In this document: positions 7,754 to 19,375 of the stretch, piece by piece
Layout of the letters: the number at the start of each line of letters is the position of its first letter
How positions within the stretch are numbered: position 1 is the first letter of the stretch
From: Nitrosospira multiformis ATCC 25196
GTDB lineage: Bacteria > Pseudomonadota > Gammaproteobacteria > Burkholderiales > Nitrosomonadaceae
Length of the DNA stretch: 32,000 nucleotides
Assembly: GCF_000196355.1 (NCBI RefSeq)
Contig: NC_007614.1
Location: 510,001 to 542,000 of the forward strand
Direction of reading: 5' to 3'
Notes under the pieces: generated by a model
Told to the model about the DNA's origin: nothing
What the model saw: the letters and a program-made list of their open reading frames with translations, nothing else
The model's database searches: none
Position numbers and translations under genes: made by a program

Positions 7754-8269
7754 CAAGTCTCCAGAATTATGACGCGCATTAGGTGCGCGCCGGGTTATGA
7801 ATAATGAATAAGATGTTGTTGCCACTTTAAACTAGCACAGCAGTTGTGAACTTAATGTCCCTGAATTGTCAGGATTTTGTCAGGAGCTTTTAACATCACA
7901 AGGGCAGGAAGGTTCTGAAAAGGATGACCGGATATGTAAAATGCATTTTTCATGAGGATCGGGGGTGGGGAAACGCCAGGAATCCCTTGCCGCCCTTCGG
8001 CACTCTCAGAGCGAACGGAGATCAGGGGTTTGGGTGAACGGGAGATGGAGAAATCGGAGCCAAACTATTAATTCGGGGAGCAAACAGTACAAACGTCATA
8101 CCGTGGGAGACCTGTATCCCATGACGTTCAAAGTACAGCATCATGGGTTCGGGCTGGATTCCGGATCAAGCCTGAAATACGAAATTCATGGGATTTTATG
8201 GTCGGATCAACAGGGCCCGTCAATACTCGTTTCACACCGTCGAAACAAGTATTGACAGGCTAGGGACGC

Positions 8270-9664
8270 CTATCCCGGATTGTGCCAGCAGCCATCCGCC
8301 TCGATCAGCGCGTCGGCTGCGGCGGGGCCCCAACTGCCGCGCTCGTAGGGCAGAACGTGAGGATATGTCTTGAGCACAGGATCGAGTGCTGTCCAGGATG
8401 CCTCCACCGCTTCCCTCTTGGTAAACAGGGTGTCGTCACCAATCATTGCATCATGCAGGAGACGTTCATAAGGCGATTCGCGCCCGAAGTGCTCCTCGAC
8501 CAGGCACAACTCCTGCTGATCGCCTTTGAACTCTTTTCCGGGATGCTTGACTCTCGCTGCAATGGCAACCGCTGAGACGGGAGAAAGGCGGAACCTGAGA
8601 TAATTGGCATCACATGCGGCGCTTGCCGAATCGGCAAAAAGCTTTTGCGGCGGCGGCTTCAGCTGGACAAGGACCTCCGCAGCAGTCTTGGCCAGACACT
8701 TGCCGGAACGCAGATACCAGGGGACCCCTTCCCAGCGCCAGGAGTCGATGAAAAGCCGCAGGGCGCAGAATGTCTCGACATCGGAGTCCTCCGCCACACC
8801 CGGTTCCTGACGGTAGCCCACATATTGTCCCCGCACCAGGTCCTCGGGTACAAGGGGGCGCATGGCGTGAAATATGTTGATTTTTTCGCTTTGGACCGTT
8901 CCGAGACCGCGATAAGCGGGAGGTTCCATGGCCAGCAGCGCAACAATCTGGAAAAGATGATTCTGGATCACGTCGCGCAGGCAGCCGGCGGATTCGTAAA
9001 ATGCGCCTCGTTCTTCAACCCCGAATTCCTCAGCCAATGTGATCTGCACGCTGGCTACATAATTACGATTCCATATCGGTTCCAGAAATGAATTGGCGAA
9101 TCTGAAATAAAGAATATTCATGATCGCCTCTTTTCCGAGAAAATGGTCGATACGGAATATCGCTTCCTCGGGGAACACGGAGCGTGCAATACGGTTCAGT
9201 TCACGTGCTGACTCAAGATCCCGTCCAAAAGGTTTTTCCACAATGACGCGCGCGCCTGCGGCCAGATCGAGCGCACCAAGACCTCTTATGACATTCTCGA
9301 AAAGAAGAGGGGGGATGGCGAGATAGTGCACGGGATGACGTGCATCTCCCAGAGCCTGTTTGAGTGCCTTGAACGTATCGAGGTTGTTGTAGTCTCCACG
9401 CACATATCGCAGCAGGGAAAGGAGGTGATCCAGCGCCCGTTTGTCATCAATCTTTCCGGAGTCGCTGATGGACTGGGTCGCCCGTTCCTTGAGTTGATCG
9501 AGACTCCAGGGTGTCGAGGCGACACCGACCAGCGGCACATCGAGCATGCCCTTTTTGATCATCGCGTACAGCGCCGGAAAGATCTTTTTATAAGCGAGGT
9601 CACCCGTTATCCCAAACAGCACCAGTGCATCGGATGGCTTGGTGTAGTCATTGGTTTTTCGCAT
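8270..9664 (-). CDS. zwf: Glucose-6-phosphate 1-dehydrogenase
   Basis: 464 aa; N-terminal [20 protein letters not shown] (NADP-binding), active-site [47 protein letters not shown]. Confidence 0.95.
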   Translation of the reverse strand: MRKTNDYTKPSDALVLFGITGDLAYKKIFPALYAMIKKGMLDVPLVGVASTPWSLDQLKERATQSISDSGKIDDKRALDHLLSLLRYVRGDYNNLDTFKALKQALGDARHPVHYLAIPPLLFENVIRGLGALDLAAGARVIVEKPFGRDLESARELNRIARSVFPEEAIFRIDHFLGKEAIMNILYFRFANSFLEPIWNRNYVASVQITLAEEFGVEERGAFYESAGCLRDVIQNHLFQIVALLAMEPPAYRGLGTVQSEKINIFHAMRPLVPEDLVRGQYVGYRQEPGVAEDSDVETFCALRLFIDSWRWEGVPWYLRSGKCLAKTAAEVLVQLKPPPQKLFADSASAACDANYLRFRLSPVSAVAIAARVKHPGKEFKGDQQELCLVEEHFGRESPYERLLHDAMIGDDTLFTKREAVEASWTALDPVLKTYPHVLPYERGSWGPAAADALIEADGCWHNPG

Positions 9665-9868
9665 TTCGTCACTCCTCCCTTCCTGCAGTAAAAGACGAAA
9701 CCTGTTCAGGAGCTGTCGATTGACCGGCTACAGCGGGAATGCCGGTATAAAAACTCTAACTTGCTGAACGACTTTCGGCAGGGGATACCCTGCATGGTCG
9801 CCAGAAATTCGAGGAGGTGATCGTTCTACCTCCCAAAAGAAAAAGACGGAGCATCAAACAAGACTTAT

Positions 9869-11530
9869 TCAGGGGCCGCCCGTGCGGGGCCCTGCGAATG
9901 CGTCCTCGACGATTGTTTGAGCTTCCGCCACAATGCAGCGCAGGTGATCTTTTCCCAAAAAGCTTTCAGCATAAATTTTGTAGATATCTTCCGTGCCGGA
10001 AGGGCGCGCCGCAAACCATCCGTTATCGGCGATGACCTTGATACCACCGATGGAAGCATTGTTGCCGGACGCGCGAGTGAGAATAGTACGAATTGCCTCG
10101 CCTGCTATTTCAGTATGCCTTATCTGATCCGGCGACAGCTTGCTCAAAGTTTTCTTCTGCTCGGGGGTGGCCGGAGCGTCGATACGCTGGAACTCGGATC
10201 GCCCGTATTCGCGTTCAAAACCGCTGTATATCTCGCCTGGATCGCGCTCCGTACGCGCCAGTATTTCACCGGAGAGCAGTGCTGCCGCGATGCCATCCTT
10301 ATCGGTTGTCCAGGTCTTGCCATTGATGCGCAGGAACGAGGCTCCGGCACTTTCTTCTCCGCAAAAACCAAGTGACCTGTTGCCCAAACCCTCCACAAAC
10401 CACTTGAAGCCGACCGGTACTTCATAGAGCCTGCGATCGAGCGCGGCAGTCACGCGGTCAATCATCTGGCTGCTTACCACTGTTTTGCCGACTGCGGTAT
10501 TCGAAGCCCACTCATGGCGGGACTGGAAGAGGTAGTGGACAGCAACAGAAAGATAATGATCCGCAGGAAGTAAACCGCTGCTCCGGGTAACGATTCCATG
10601 CCGGTCATGATCGGTATCACATGCGAAAGCAATGTCGAAGCGGTCTTTCATATTCAGCATGCCGCGCATCGCATACCGGGAAGACGGATCCATGCGAATT
10701 TTGCCGTCCCAATCCAGTGTCATAAAACGGAAAGTCGGATCTACCTGATTGTTGACCACGGTCATGTTCAGCTTGTAGCGCTCCGCGATTGCGCTCCAGT
10801 AGTGAACGCCCGCGCCGCCGAGCGGGTCAACACCCATGTGGATCTTCGAATCAGATATGACTTTCGTATCCACAACGTTCTGCAGATCGGCAACGTAACT
10901 GTTGAGGAAGTCGTGCCGGTGGGTGGTATCCGCATGCAACGCCTTCTCGAAAGACATTCTCTTTACATCTGACAAATTCCTTTCGAGGAAGGTGTTGGAT
11001 CTGGATTCGATCCAGGAGGTGACCTCGACTCCAGCCGGTCCCCCATGTGGCGGATTGTATTTGAAGCCCCCGCTCTCAGGAGGGTTGTGGGAAGGTGTGA
11101 TGACAATCCCATCTGCCAGCCCGTGCGTGCGGCCCTCGTTGTAAGTCAGTATGGCATGGGAAACTGCCGGAGTGGGGGTATACTCGTCGTTCGCGGCAAG
11201 CATGACTTCCACGTCATTGGCAGCCAGCACTTCCAGAGCGCTTGCATAGGCGGGTTCCGACAATGCATGAGTATCGATTCCGAGGAACAGGGGACCGTCG
11301 ATATCGTGTTGTTTGCGGTATTGGCAGATCGCTTGCGTAATGGCGAGAATGTGCCATTCATTGAAACTGCCCTCCAATGACGAACCACGATGCCCCGAAG
11401 TCCCGAACACAACCCGCTCCCCAGGCAGGTTCGAGTCGGGGATACGGGTATAATAGGCGGTGACAAGCCGGGGCACATTCACCAGCATCTCGGGTTGGGC
11501 GGGGTTTCCGGCGTTAGGATTTATTTTCAT
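9869..11530 (-). CDS. pgm: Phosphoglucomutase (alpha-D-glucose phosphate-specific)
   Basis: 553 aa; VVFGTSGHRGSS, catalytic TPSHNPPESGGFKYNPPHGGPAG, DTDHDRHGIV, and C-terminal WFAARPSGTEDIYKIYAESF. Confidence 0.97.
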   Translation of the reverse strand: MKINPNAGNPAQPEMLVNVPRLVTAYYTRIPDSNLPGERVVFGTSGHRGSSLEGSFNEWHILAITQAICQYRKQHDIDGPLFLGIDTHALSEPAYASALEVLAANDVEVMLAANDEYTPTPAVSHAILTYNEGRTHGLADGIVITPSHNPPESGGFKYNPPHGGPAGVEVTSWIESRSNTFLERNLSDVKRMSFEKALHADTTHRHDFLNSYVADLQNVVDTKVISDSKIHMGVDPLGGAGVHYWSAIAERYKLNMTVVNNQVDPTFRFMTLDWDGKIRMDPSSRYAMRGMLNMKDRFDIAFACDTDHDRHGIVTRSSGLLPADHYLSVAVHYLFQSRHEWASNTAVGKTVVSSQMIDRVTAALDRRLYEVPVGFKWFVEGLGNRSLGFCGEESAGASFLRINGKTWTTDKDGIAAALLSGEILARTERDPGEIYSGFEREYGRSEFQRIDAPATPEQKKTLSKLSPDQIRHTEIAGEAIRTILTRASGNNASIGGIKVIADNGWFAARPSGTEDIYKIYAESFLGKDHLRCIVAEAQTIVEDAFAGPRTGGP

Positions 11531-11611
11531 GTTGTTTTTTTAAGCAGCAGACTTTTCTCATCCAGTTGGCCACTGGCAGCGAGCTCCGGCGGGAGCGCGA
11601 GCATGCGAAGC

Positions 11612-13735
11612 TCAGCGGGCTTTTTCGCTCTCGCTTTTCGTACTCTTCGTATTGTGCCGGGCAATCTGCTCCTTGGCGGCTGCGGCTATGTGTCCGGGTT
11701 CGAATCCGAAGCGTCGCGCAACAACTTTTGCCGGCGCCGATAGACCGAAGCAATGCATGGCAATGATGCAGCCGCCTGCACCTGTATAGCGCTCCCATCC
11801 GAAGCTCGATGCCTCCTCGACCGCCACACGCGCCAATATTCCCGGGGGCAAAATTTCGTCCCGATATTCCTGGCCTTGATGTTCGAAAACTTCCCATGAT
11901 GGCATGCTCACCACGCGTGATGATATTCCTTCTTTCTTGAGCTGTTCGTGGGCAGCCACACAAAGCGCGACCTCGCTTCCAGTCGCCAGCAGCAGCACGG
12001 CCGGCCTCCCGTCTTCGGCGTCGGCCAATACGTAGGCGCCGCGCGCCAGGCCGTTCGCGGCCGCATAACGGGTCCGGTCGAGAGTCGGCACTGCTTGCCG
12101 CGTCAATATCAGGCAAACGGGCCGGTCAGTGAGTTGCATGATGAGCCGCCATGCTTCCACCACTTCATTCGCATCCGCCGGCCGCAGAACAATCAGACCG
12201 GGGATGGCGCGCAGGGAAGCCAGATGCGCTATGGGCTGATGCGTGGGACCGTCCTCTCCCAGGCTGATGGAATCGTGGGTCCAGATGTAGATGATGGGAA
12301 TCTCCATCATTGCGCTCAGCCGGAGCGCGGCTCGCCCGTAGTCGCTGAATACGAGGAAGCTTGCCGCATAGGGACGCAATTTCGATAGACTCATTCCGTT
12401 GGCAATGGCGCACATGGCATGCTCACGCAAGCCGAAGTGAAAATTGCGTCCGCGGTAGTTGCCCTTTGCGTTTTCGTACTGGTCAGGCGGCTGAAACTGT
12501 CCGTAGAAATCCCCTTTCAGTTCTGTTTTTGTGGAAGGCGCGAGATCGGCGGCTCCGCCCAGCAACCAGGCAATTTTCCCTGCAATGGCATTCAGTACCT
12601 TGCCGGATGACTCCCTGGTGGCCATGCCCTTCTCATCCGCAGGGAAGATCGGTAATTCGCTATCCCAGCCTGCCGGCAAGCCGCGTTGTTGCATGCGGTC
12701 GATCTGCTCCGCCAGGTCCGGATATTGCTTCCGGTAGGCATCATACTGTACGCGCCAGCCTGCGTGTGCAGCTCTGCCGCGCTCACCGAACCCTGTCTGA
12801 AAGTATTCCCGGACTCCATCCGGTACATAAAACTGCTTGTCGGGGTCGCACCCGTAGAATTCCTTGGCGAGGCGAGATTCTTCAGGGCCCAGCGGTTCAC
12901 CGTGCGCTTCCCGCGAGTCATGCTTGTGCGGCGCCCCATAACCGATATGGCTATGCACGATAATCAGCGTGGGACGATTATCGGTGTGCAGGAACGTCTC
13001 GTAAGCTTCCGTCAGGAGCGATAATCCGTTTGCATCATCCACGTGGGCGACACTCCACCCGTATGCGGAAAACCGTGCGGCTACATCTTCCGTGAAGGTG
13101 AGATCGGTCGATCCTTCGATTGTGATGCGGTTATCGTCATATATCCAGCACAGGTTTCCAAGCTTGAGATGCCCGGCCAGGGATGCCGCCTCGCTGCTGA
13201 CACCTTCCATCATGTCGCCGTCACTGCACAAGGCATAAACGTTGTGGTTGAACAATTCGAAACCGGGCCGGTTGTAAGTGGCCGCAAGCCATTGCCCGGC
13301 GATCGCCATGCCGACGCTGTCTCCCACACCCTGGCCCAGCGGTCCCGTCGTCGTTTCCACTCCCGAAGTCCATCCATATTCCGGATGGCCGGTGCAACGG
13401 CTGCCTGCCTGGCGAAACGTCTTGAGGTCCTCCATCGTTACGGCCAACCGGTCTTCACCCTCGTAAGAGGGACTGGTTCCCTTTATTCCTGTCAGATGGA
13501 GGAGACTGTAGAGCAGCGCTGAAGCGTGACCGGCAGAAAGTACGAAACGGTCGCGATTGGGCCAGTCCGGATTATCCGGATCGTAACGCAGAAAGCGCTG
13601 CCAGAGACAAAAGGCTGTAGGAGCTGCACCCATCGGGGTACCGGGGTGACCGGAGTGGGCTTTTTCCACCTGGTCGATGGAGAGGCTGCGAAGCGTGTTG
13701 ATACAGGTTTGGTCCAGATCGGTCTGTTCGCTCAT
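11612..13735 (-). CDS. tkt: Transketolase
   Basis: 707 aa; HSGHPGTPMGAAP, DRFVLSAGHASALLYSLLHL, GPLGQGVGDSVGMA, thiamine-PP motif GDGDMMEGV-like (ALCSDGDMMEG), EDGPTHQPIAHLASLRAIPG. Confidence 0.97.
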   Translation of the reverse strand: MSEQTDLDQTCINTLRSLSIDQVEKAHSGHPGTPMGAAPTAFCLWQRFLRYDPDNPDWPNRDRFVLSAGHASALLYSLLHLTGIKGTSPSYEGEDRLAVTMEDLKTFRQAGSRCTGHPEYGWTSGVETTTGPLGQGVGDSVGMAIAGQWLAATYNRPGFELFNHNVYALCSDGDMMEGVSSEAASLAGHLKLGNLCWIYDDNRITIEGSTDLTFTEDVAARFSAYGWSVAHVDDANGLSLLTEAYETFLHTDNRPTLIIVHSHIGYGAPHKHDSREAHGEPLGPEESRLAKEFYGCDPDKQFYVPDGVREYFQTGFGERGRAAHAGWRVQYDAYRKQYPDLAEQIDRMQQRGLPAGWDSELPIFPADEKGMATRESSGKVLNAIAGKIAWLLGGAADLAPSTKTELKGDFYGQFQPPDQYENAKGNYRGRNFHFGLREHAMCAIANGMSLSKLRPYAASFLVFSDYGRAALRLSAMMEIPIIYIWTHDSISLGEDGPTHQPIAHLASLRAIPGLIVLRPADANEVVEAWRLIMQLTDRPVCLILTRQAVPTLDRTRYAAANGLARGAYVLADAEDGRPAVLLLATGSEVALCVAAHEQLKKEGISSRVVSMPSWEVFEHQGQEYRDEILPPGILARVAVEEASSFGWERYTGAGGCIIAMHCFGLSAPAKVVARRFGFEPGHIAAAAKEQIARHNTKSTKSESEKAR

Positions 13736-13945
13736 GAGAGTGCTCCCGTAAAAGCGACCTTACGCGAATTACAGAAACCCGTTAATGGGATTCCATGGGG
13801 CTGTGAGCAATGCGCTTTTCGTCTTCCGTCAATATATAAAGTACAAATATTACGGATTTCCCCACCCGTCGCAGCGGAGCCGGCGCCCAGGGGAAGTTGT
13901 AGAAAACCATACTTTTCGACTCCTGACAGGAGCCAATGTTCACAG

Positions 13946-15586
13946 CTATTTTTGTTTCAGCCTGTTGTACCGCTGTATCAGGGCGTTGGTGGAGCTATCA
14001 TGTTTCAGGGACTTGCCGTTTTCATCCTCCAGTTCCTGCCCGATGCGGTGTGCCAGCACTTTGCCGAGTTCGACGCCCCATTGATCGAACGAATCGATCT
14101 GCCAGATTGTCCCCTGTGTAAAAACACTCTGCTCATAAAGAGCGACAAGGGCACCGAGGGTGTGGGGTGTGAGGCGCTCGGCAAGTATCGTATTGGTGGG
14201 GCGATTCCCCTCAAAACTGCGATGCGGGCAAAGCCAGTCCGGGACACCTTCAGCTTTGACTTCATCTTCCGTTTTTCCGAAAGCAAGCGCCTCGGTCTGG
14301 GCAAACAGATTCGCCATGAGGAGGTCATGGTGATCGCCCAAGGGGTTCAGGGTTTGGCAGAAGCCGATAAAATCACAGGGAATCAATCGGGTTCCCTGAT
14401 GGATGAGCTGGTAAAACGAATGTTGTCCGTTGGTGCCGGGTTCTCCCCACACGATAGGTGAGGTCTGGTAGTCAACCTGGGAGCCATTCAGTGTAATGTG
14501 CTTTCCATTGCTCTCCATTGTCAGTTGCTGGAGGTAAGCCGGAAAGCGCTTCAAATATTGCTCGTAGGGCAGTACGGCGAGTGTCTGCGCGCCAAAGAAA
14601 TTGTTATACCAGAGCGACAGCAATCCCATCAGGACAGGAAGATTCCTGTCGAACGGAGCGGAATAGAAGTGCTGGTCCATTGCATGGAAGCCGGCAAGCA
14701 TCTCACGGAAATTCTCTGGGCCGACGGCAATCATGGTTGAGAGTCCGATCGCGGAGTCCATGGAATAGCGTCCACCTACCCAGTCCCAGAATTCGAACAT
14801 GTTGGCGGTATCGATGCCGAATCTGGCTACTTCCTCCGCATTGGTGGAAACAGCGACGAAGTGCTTGCGCACCCCCTCCAGGTCCTTTATCTGTCGCAGC
14901 ATCCACCGCCGGGCGGTGTGGGCATTGGCCAGCGTTTCCGTTGTCGTGAATGTCTTGGAGCAGATAATGAACAGGGTTTCTTCGGGATCAAGACCTCGTG
15001 TAGCCTCCACGAAATCCGTGCCATCAACATTGGAGATGAAACGAAAGCTGAGATTGTGCAGACTGTAGTGGCGCAGCGCTTCATACGCCATCACCGGGCC
15101 CAGATCGGAGCCGCCGATACCGATATTGATGATATTGCGAATTCGCTTGCCAGTATGCCCCTGCCAGTCCCCGCTGCGTATCTTGTCGGAGAAATCCGCC
15201 ATACGGTCGAGCACGGCATGCACCCCGGGCACAACGTCATTTCCGTCGACGAGGATTTTTTCATTACGAGGCGCGCGCAAGGCGATGTGGAGTACAGCAC
15301 GCTGTTCTGTCACATTGATGGCGTCACCCCTGAACATGGCTTCAATGCGCTCGCGCAGGCCGCATTCTTCGGCAAGCTGCACCAGTAGATGAAGCGTTTC
15401 ATCAGTGATGCGATTTTTCGAATAATCCAGGTACAGGCCGACGGCCTCGGCCGTAAATCGCTCACCCCGCTTCGGATCGTCAGCGAAGAGCTGACGCAAA
15501 TGCATGCCTTTGATCGTCTGGTAGTGCGCTTCCAGTGCCTTCCAGGCAGGCCTTTGCGTCAGGGGCGTGATCATGGGTTTCGTCAT
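13946..15586 (-). CDS. pgi: Glucose-6-phosphate isomerase
   Basis: Track ORF is 13946..15853; likely start is ATG at 15586 ([23 protein letters not shown]), giving 546 aa. Motifs: [69 protein letters not shown]. Confidence 0.96.
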   Translation of the reverse strand: MTKPMITPLTQRPAWKALEAHYQTIKGMHLRQLFADDPKRGERFTAEAVGLYLDYSKNRITDETLHLLVQLAEECGLRERIEAMFRGDAINVTEQRAVLHIALRAPRNEKILVDGNDVVPGVHAVLDRMADFSDKIRSGDWQGHTGKRIRNIINIGIGGSDLGPVMAYEALRHYSLHNLSFRFISNVDGTDFVEATRGLDPEETLFIICSKTFTTTETLANAHTARRWMLRQIKDLEGVRKHFVAVSTNAEEVARFGIDTANMFEFWDWVGGRYSMDSAIGLSTMIAVGPENFREMLAGFHAMDQHFYSAPFDRNLPVLMGLLSLWYNNFFGAQTLAVLPYEQYLKRFPAYLQQLTMESNGKHITLNGSQVDYQTSPIVWGEPGTNGQHSFYQLIHQGTRLIPCDFIGFCQTLNPLGDHHDLLMANLFAQTEALAFGKTEDEVKAEGVPDWLCPHRSFEGNRPTNTILAERLTPHTLGALVALYEQSVFTQGTIWQIDSFDQWGVELGKVLAHRIGQELEDENGKSLKHDSSTNALIQRYNRLKQK

Positions 15587-16359
15587 GCTTGTTGCCCCTC
15601 GACCATCTTTCGTTTTCTTTTGGCCAGCCGCCGCCAGGTCCACATGGCATAACCCGACAAGGCGTACAGAAAAAACAGGCTGAACAGCACGACCGGTGGA
15701 TGACTCGGAATCAATGCAAAAAAGAACAGCGCCAACAACAGGGCAGTGATGAAGGGTACCGACTTGTGCAGATTGATTTCCTTGCCGCTGTAGTAGGGAA
15801 TATCGCTCACCATAGTCAGGCCTGCGAACAGGGTAATGCACCAGGCCAGCCACCGTACATCTGTGCCCGCTATGTCAAAATCCAGCATGAGCCATATAAG
15901 CCCGGCAATGAGGGCAGCCGCTGCGGGACTGGGCAGGCCCTGAAAATAGCGCTTGTCCACAACTCCAATATTCGTATTGAAACGGGCGAGGCGCAGGGCA
16001 GCGCAGACGCAATAGATAAAAGCAGCGATCCAGCCCCATTTGCCCATCCCTTTCAGGGCCCATTCGTATATTACGAGCGCAGGTGCGGCGCCAAACGAAA
16101 CCATATCGGAAAGACTGTCGTATTCCGCGCCAAATTCGCTTTGCGTGTGGGTGAGGCGGGCGACGCGCCCATCGAGCCCATCCAATACCATTGCGATAAA
16201 AATCGCCACGGCGGAGTGCTCGAAGCGCCCATTCATTGCCTGGACAATGGCATAGAACCCCGCAAACAGGGCACCGGTGGTGAAGAGATTAGGCAGCAGA
16301 TAAATGCCCCGCCGGCGCAGCTTGGCTTCGAAAACAGGGCGCGACTGAGATTCCTGCAT
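15583..16359 (-). CDS. pssA: CDP-diacylglycerol--serine O-phosphatidyltransferase
   Basis: 258 aa; [18 protein letters not shown] and CDP-alcohol phosphotransferase motif [34 protein letters not shown]. 4-bp ATGA overlap with the pgi start. Confidence 0.93.
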   Translation of the reverse strand: MQESQSRPVFEAKLRRRGIYLLPNLFTTGALFAGFYAIVQAMNGRFEHSAVAIFIAMVLDGLDGRVARLTHTQSEFGAEYDSLSDMVSFGAAPALVIYEWALKGMGKWGWIAAFIYCVCAALRLARFNTNIGVVDKRYFQGLPSPAAAALIAGLIWLMLDFDIAGTDVRWLAWCITLFAGLTMVSDIPYYSGKEINLHKSVPFITALLLALFFFALIPSHPPVVLFSLFFLYALSGYAMWTWRRLAKRKRKMVEGQQA

Positions 16360-16808
16360 CTTGATGCAATCCCGAAGGAAGATGGATGCATGTTAAACGG
16401 TTATCAGGCCGGGGTAAACACCACCAGGTTGGCCTCAGAAATATGACCGGCAAAATGCCGGTCCTTGACGGGAATGATCCGTCGGGTTTTCAGGGCCATT
16501 CCGAGAGTCAGTTTCGGCGCTGTTAAATCGAAACAGGTCTTGGAACGCTCGCCCTGTTTGCAAATTCAGCCGGTATCAGATCATTGAGAGTCGAGTGAAG
16601 CGCTCTCGTTGTACCCCCACCAGTCCTCGACGATTGCTTTGATTTCTGCCAGCGTTCCAAACCAGTGCAAGTTAAAACACCCGTGCCGGAATGAAGCGCT
16701 ACTTCAACAATGCGTATTCAGTAGTCCGTCTGGACTATTGTCCAGCCCTGGCTGGAGGTCTATTTTGCTTGAAGTGGGTATAGGAATAACAAAGATTAGG
16801 AACTGAAT

Positions 16809-17534
16809 ATGAATCCCAAGCTTTTGAGACGGTTATCCAGCCTGGCAATAATAGCCACATCCCTTGCTTTTACCGTTCCCGCGGCTGCATATACTTTTCG
16901 GGATGATCCCTCTTCTACCTGGGGCGGCGACTCATTAACCGCAGCCCATACCAATGGGAACGTCTACACGGTCGAAAATCTTTTGGTCCAAAACACCACC
17001 GCGAATTCCCTGCCAGAATTGAACTTCACGATTCCTTTCGCATGGCAGAAGGTCGGCGAGACTTACTTGCCCATGGAATGGCGCAATGACCTGAACGGGT
17101 GGTACACCAGCAATTTCAACGATACTGGAACCAGCCTGACTGTTAAATTAACAAGTCCGGTTGCGGACACCGTAGCCATGGGGGAACTTGCGGATTTGAG
17201 CGGAAGCCGGCAACTCCCGTTGACGGAGCCATGTTTCTCCGGCTCGCCCAGTTGTCAGAGTGGAGTAGGCCGGCCGCCCGAAACCGGTAATACAACGGAT
17301 CTTATCCCTGTTTTTTCATTAGGTTCATTTGCACCAAACGAGGCAAAACGTTTTGATGTCTCGTTCACCTATACTTTCGGGGATAATAGGGCTGGGACCG
17401 ACGGCGCAACAACTTCGTTTTTTGGCTATACCGTTTCTCCCATTCCAGAACCGGGAACCTACGCCATGTTTCTAGTCGGTCTGGGCATGGTGGTTTTTAT
17501 GGCGCGCCCCAGGAAAGCTGGGATGGGTTCATAG
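16809..17534 (+). CDS. PEP-CTERM sorting domain-containing secreted protein, function unknown
   Basis: 241 aa with signal peptide and C-terminal IPEPGTYAMFLVGLGMVVFMARPRK. Confidence 0.85.
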   Translation: MNPKLLRRLSSLAIIATSLAFTVPAAAYTFRDDPSSTWGGDSLTAAHTNGNVYTVENLLVQNTTANSLPELNFTIPFAWQKVGETYLPMEWRNDLNGWYTSNFNDTGTSLTVKLTSPVADTVAMGELADLSGSRQLPLTEPCFSGSPSCQSGVGRPPETGNTTDLIPVFSLGSFAPNEAKRFDVSFTYTFGDNRAGTDGATTSFFGYTVSPIPEPGTYAMFLVGLGMVVFMARPRKAGMGS

Positions 17535-17549
17535 GCGCATTCGGTTCCG

Positions 17550-17584
17550 CATGCAAACCCACGCTTGGACGTGGGGTTTGCATG
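17550..17584 (+). terminator. Putative hairpin/terminator after the PEP-CTERM gene
   Basis: CATGCAAACCCACG - CTTGGA - CGTGGGGTTTGCATG, stem with a one-nt bulge, 16 bp after the stop of 16809..17534. No T-run immediately downstream. Confidence 0.5.
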
Positions 17585-17768
17585 TCAAGTCATTTGAAAC
17601 CCTTTTTCAAAATTCCCGCGATGAGGAAGAGGGAGACGTTTTTGCCCGTCAATACGCGACACTCCCATAGGTATTCAATCTATTTCCACTTCTGGGAGAG
17701 AACGGTATCATCTCTTATGGAATGAGGGGCAGCGGAACAACAGCATTAATACCCCTCCCAATGGCTTC

Positions 17769-18818
<1,050 letters not shown>

Positions 18819-18875
18819 TTAAACGCCAAGCCCGCAAGGCTCGGCTCTTCCCGGCGCAACTGTTGCTGGATTTCG

Positions 18876-19367
18876 TTAAACCTTCAATATCCGTTCGCCG
18901 CGACCGATGCCGGATGCACCGGTGCGTACCGTTTCCAGAATGGTCGTGTGATTCATGGCTTGGATGAATGCATCGAGCTTGGAACCGGTACCCGTCAATT
19001 CGATCGTGTACGATTTGTCGGTGACATCGATGATGCGCCCGCGAAAAATATCGGCCATGCGCTTTATCTCTTCGCGATCCTGGTCAACCGCCCGTACCTT
19101 GATCAGCATCAGTTCGCGCTCGATGTGATTGCCCTCACTCAAGTCAACCACCTTGACCACTTCAATGAGCTTGTTCAGTTGCTTCGTGATCTGCTCGATC
19201 ACGTCATCCGACCCGGTAGTGACCAGCGTCATGCGAGACAGGGTGGAATCTTCAGTAGCGGCGACCGTAAGCGATTCGATATTGTAGCCACGTGAGGAAA
19301 ACAGGCCGGCGACGCGAGACAGGGCACCTGCTTCGTTTTCCATCAAAAGTGAAATGATATGCCGCAT
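18876..19367 (-). CDS. ilvH: Acetolactate synthase small (regulatory) subunit
   Basis: 163 aa; MRHIISLLMENEAGALSRVAGLFSSRGYNIESLTVA (ACT domain). Confidence 0.96.
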   Translation of the reverse strand: MRHIISLLMENEAGALSRVAGLFSSRGYNIESLTVAATEDSTLSRMTLVTTGSDDVIEQITKQLNKLIEVVKVVDLSEGNHIERELMLIKVRAVDQDREEIKRMADIFRGRIIDVTDKSYTIELTGTGSKLDAFIQAMNHTTILETVRTGASGIGRGERILKV

Positions 19368-19375
19368 ATTTGTTT

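Noticed and set aside
7965-8255. 96-aa plus-strand ORF between CA2 and zwf
   Set aside because: Not overlapped by another gene, but no signal peptide or domain and unconvincing composition. Cannot be supported without homologs.
13526-14461. 311-aa plus-strand ORF
   Set aside because: Mostly antisense to tkt/pgi, with no recognisable protein features.
16404-16499. 31-aa minus-strand ORF MALKTRRIIPVKDRHFAGHISEANLVVFTPA upstream of pssA, considered as a psd remnant
   Set aside because: Too short and I cannot align it to the Psd C-terminus; no support.
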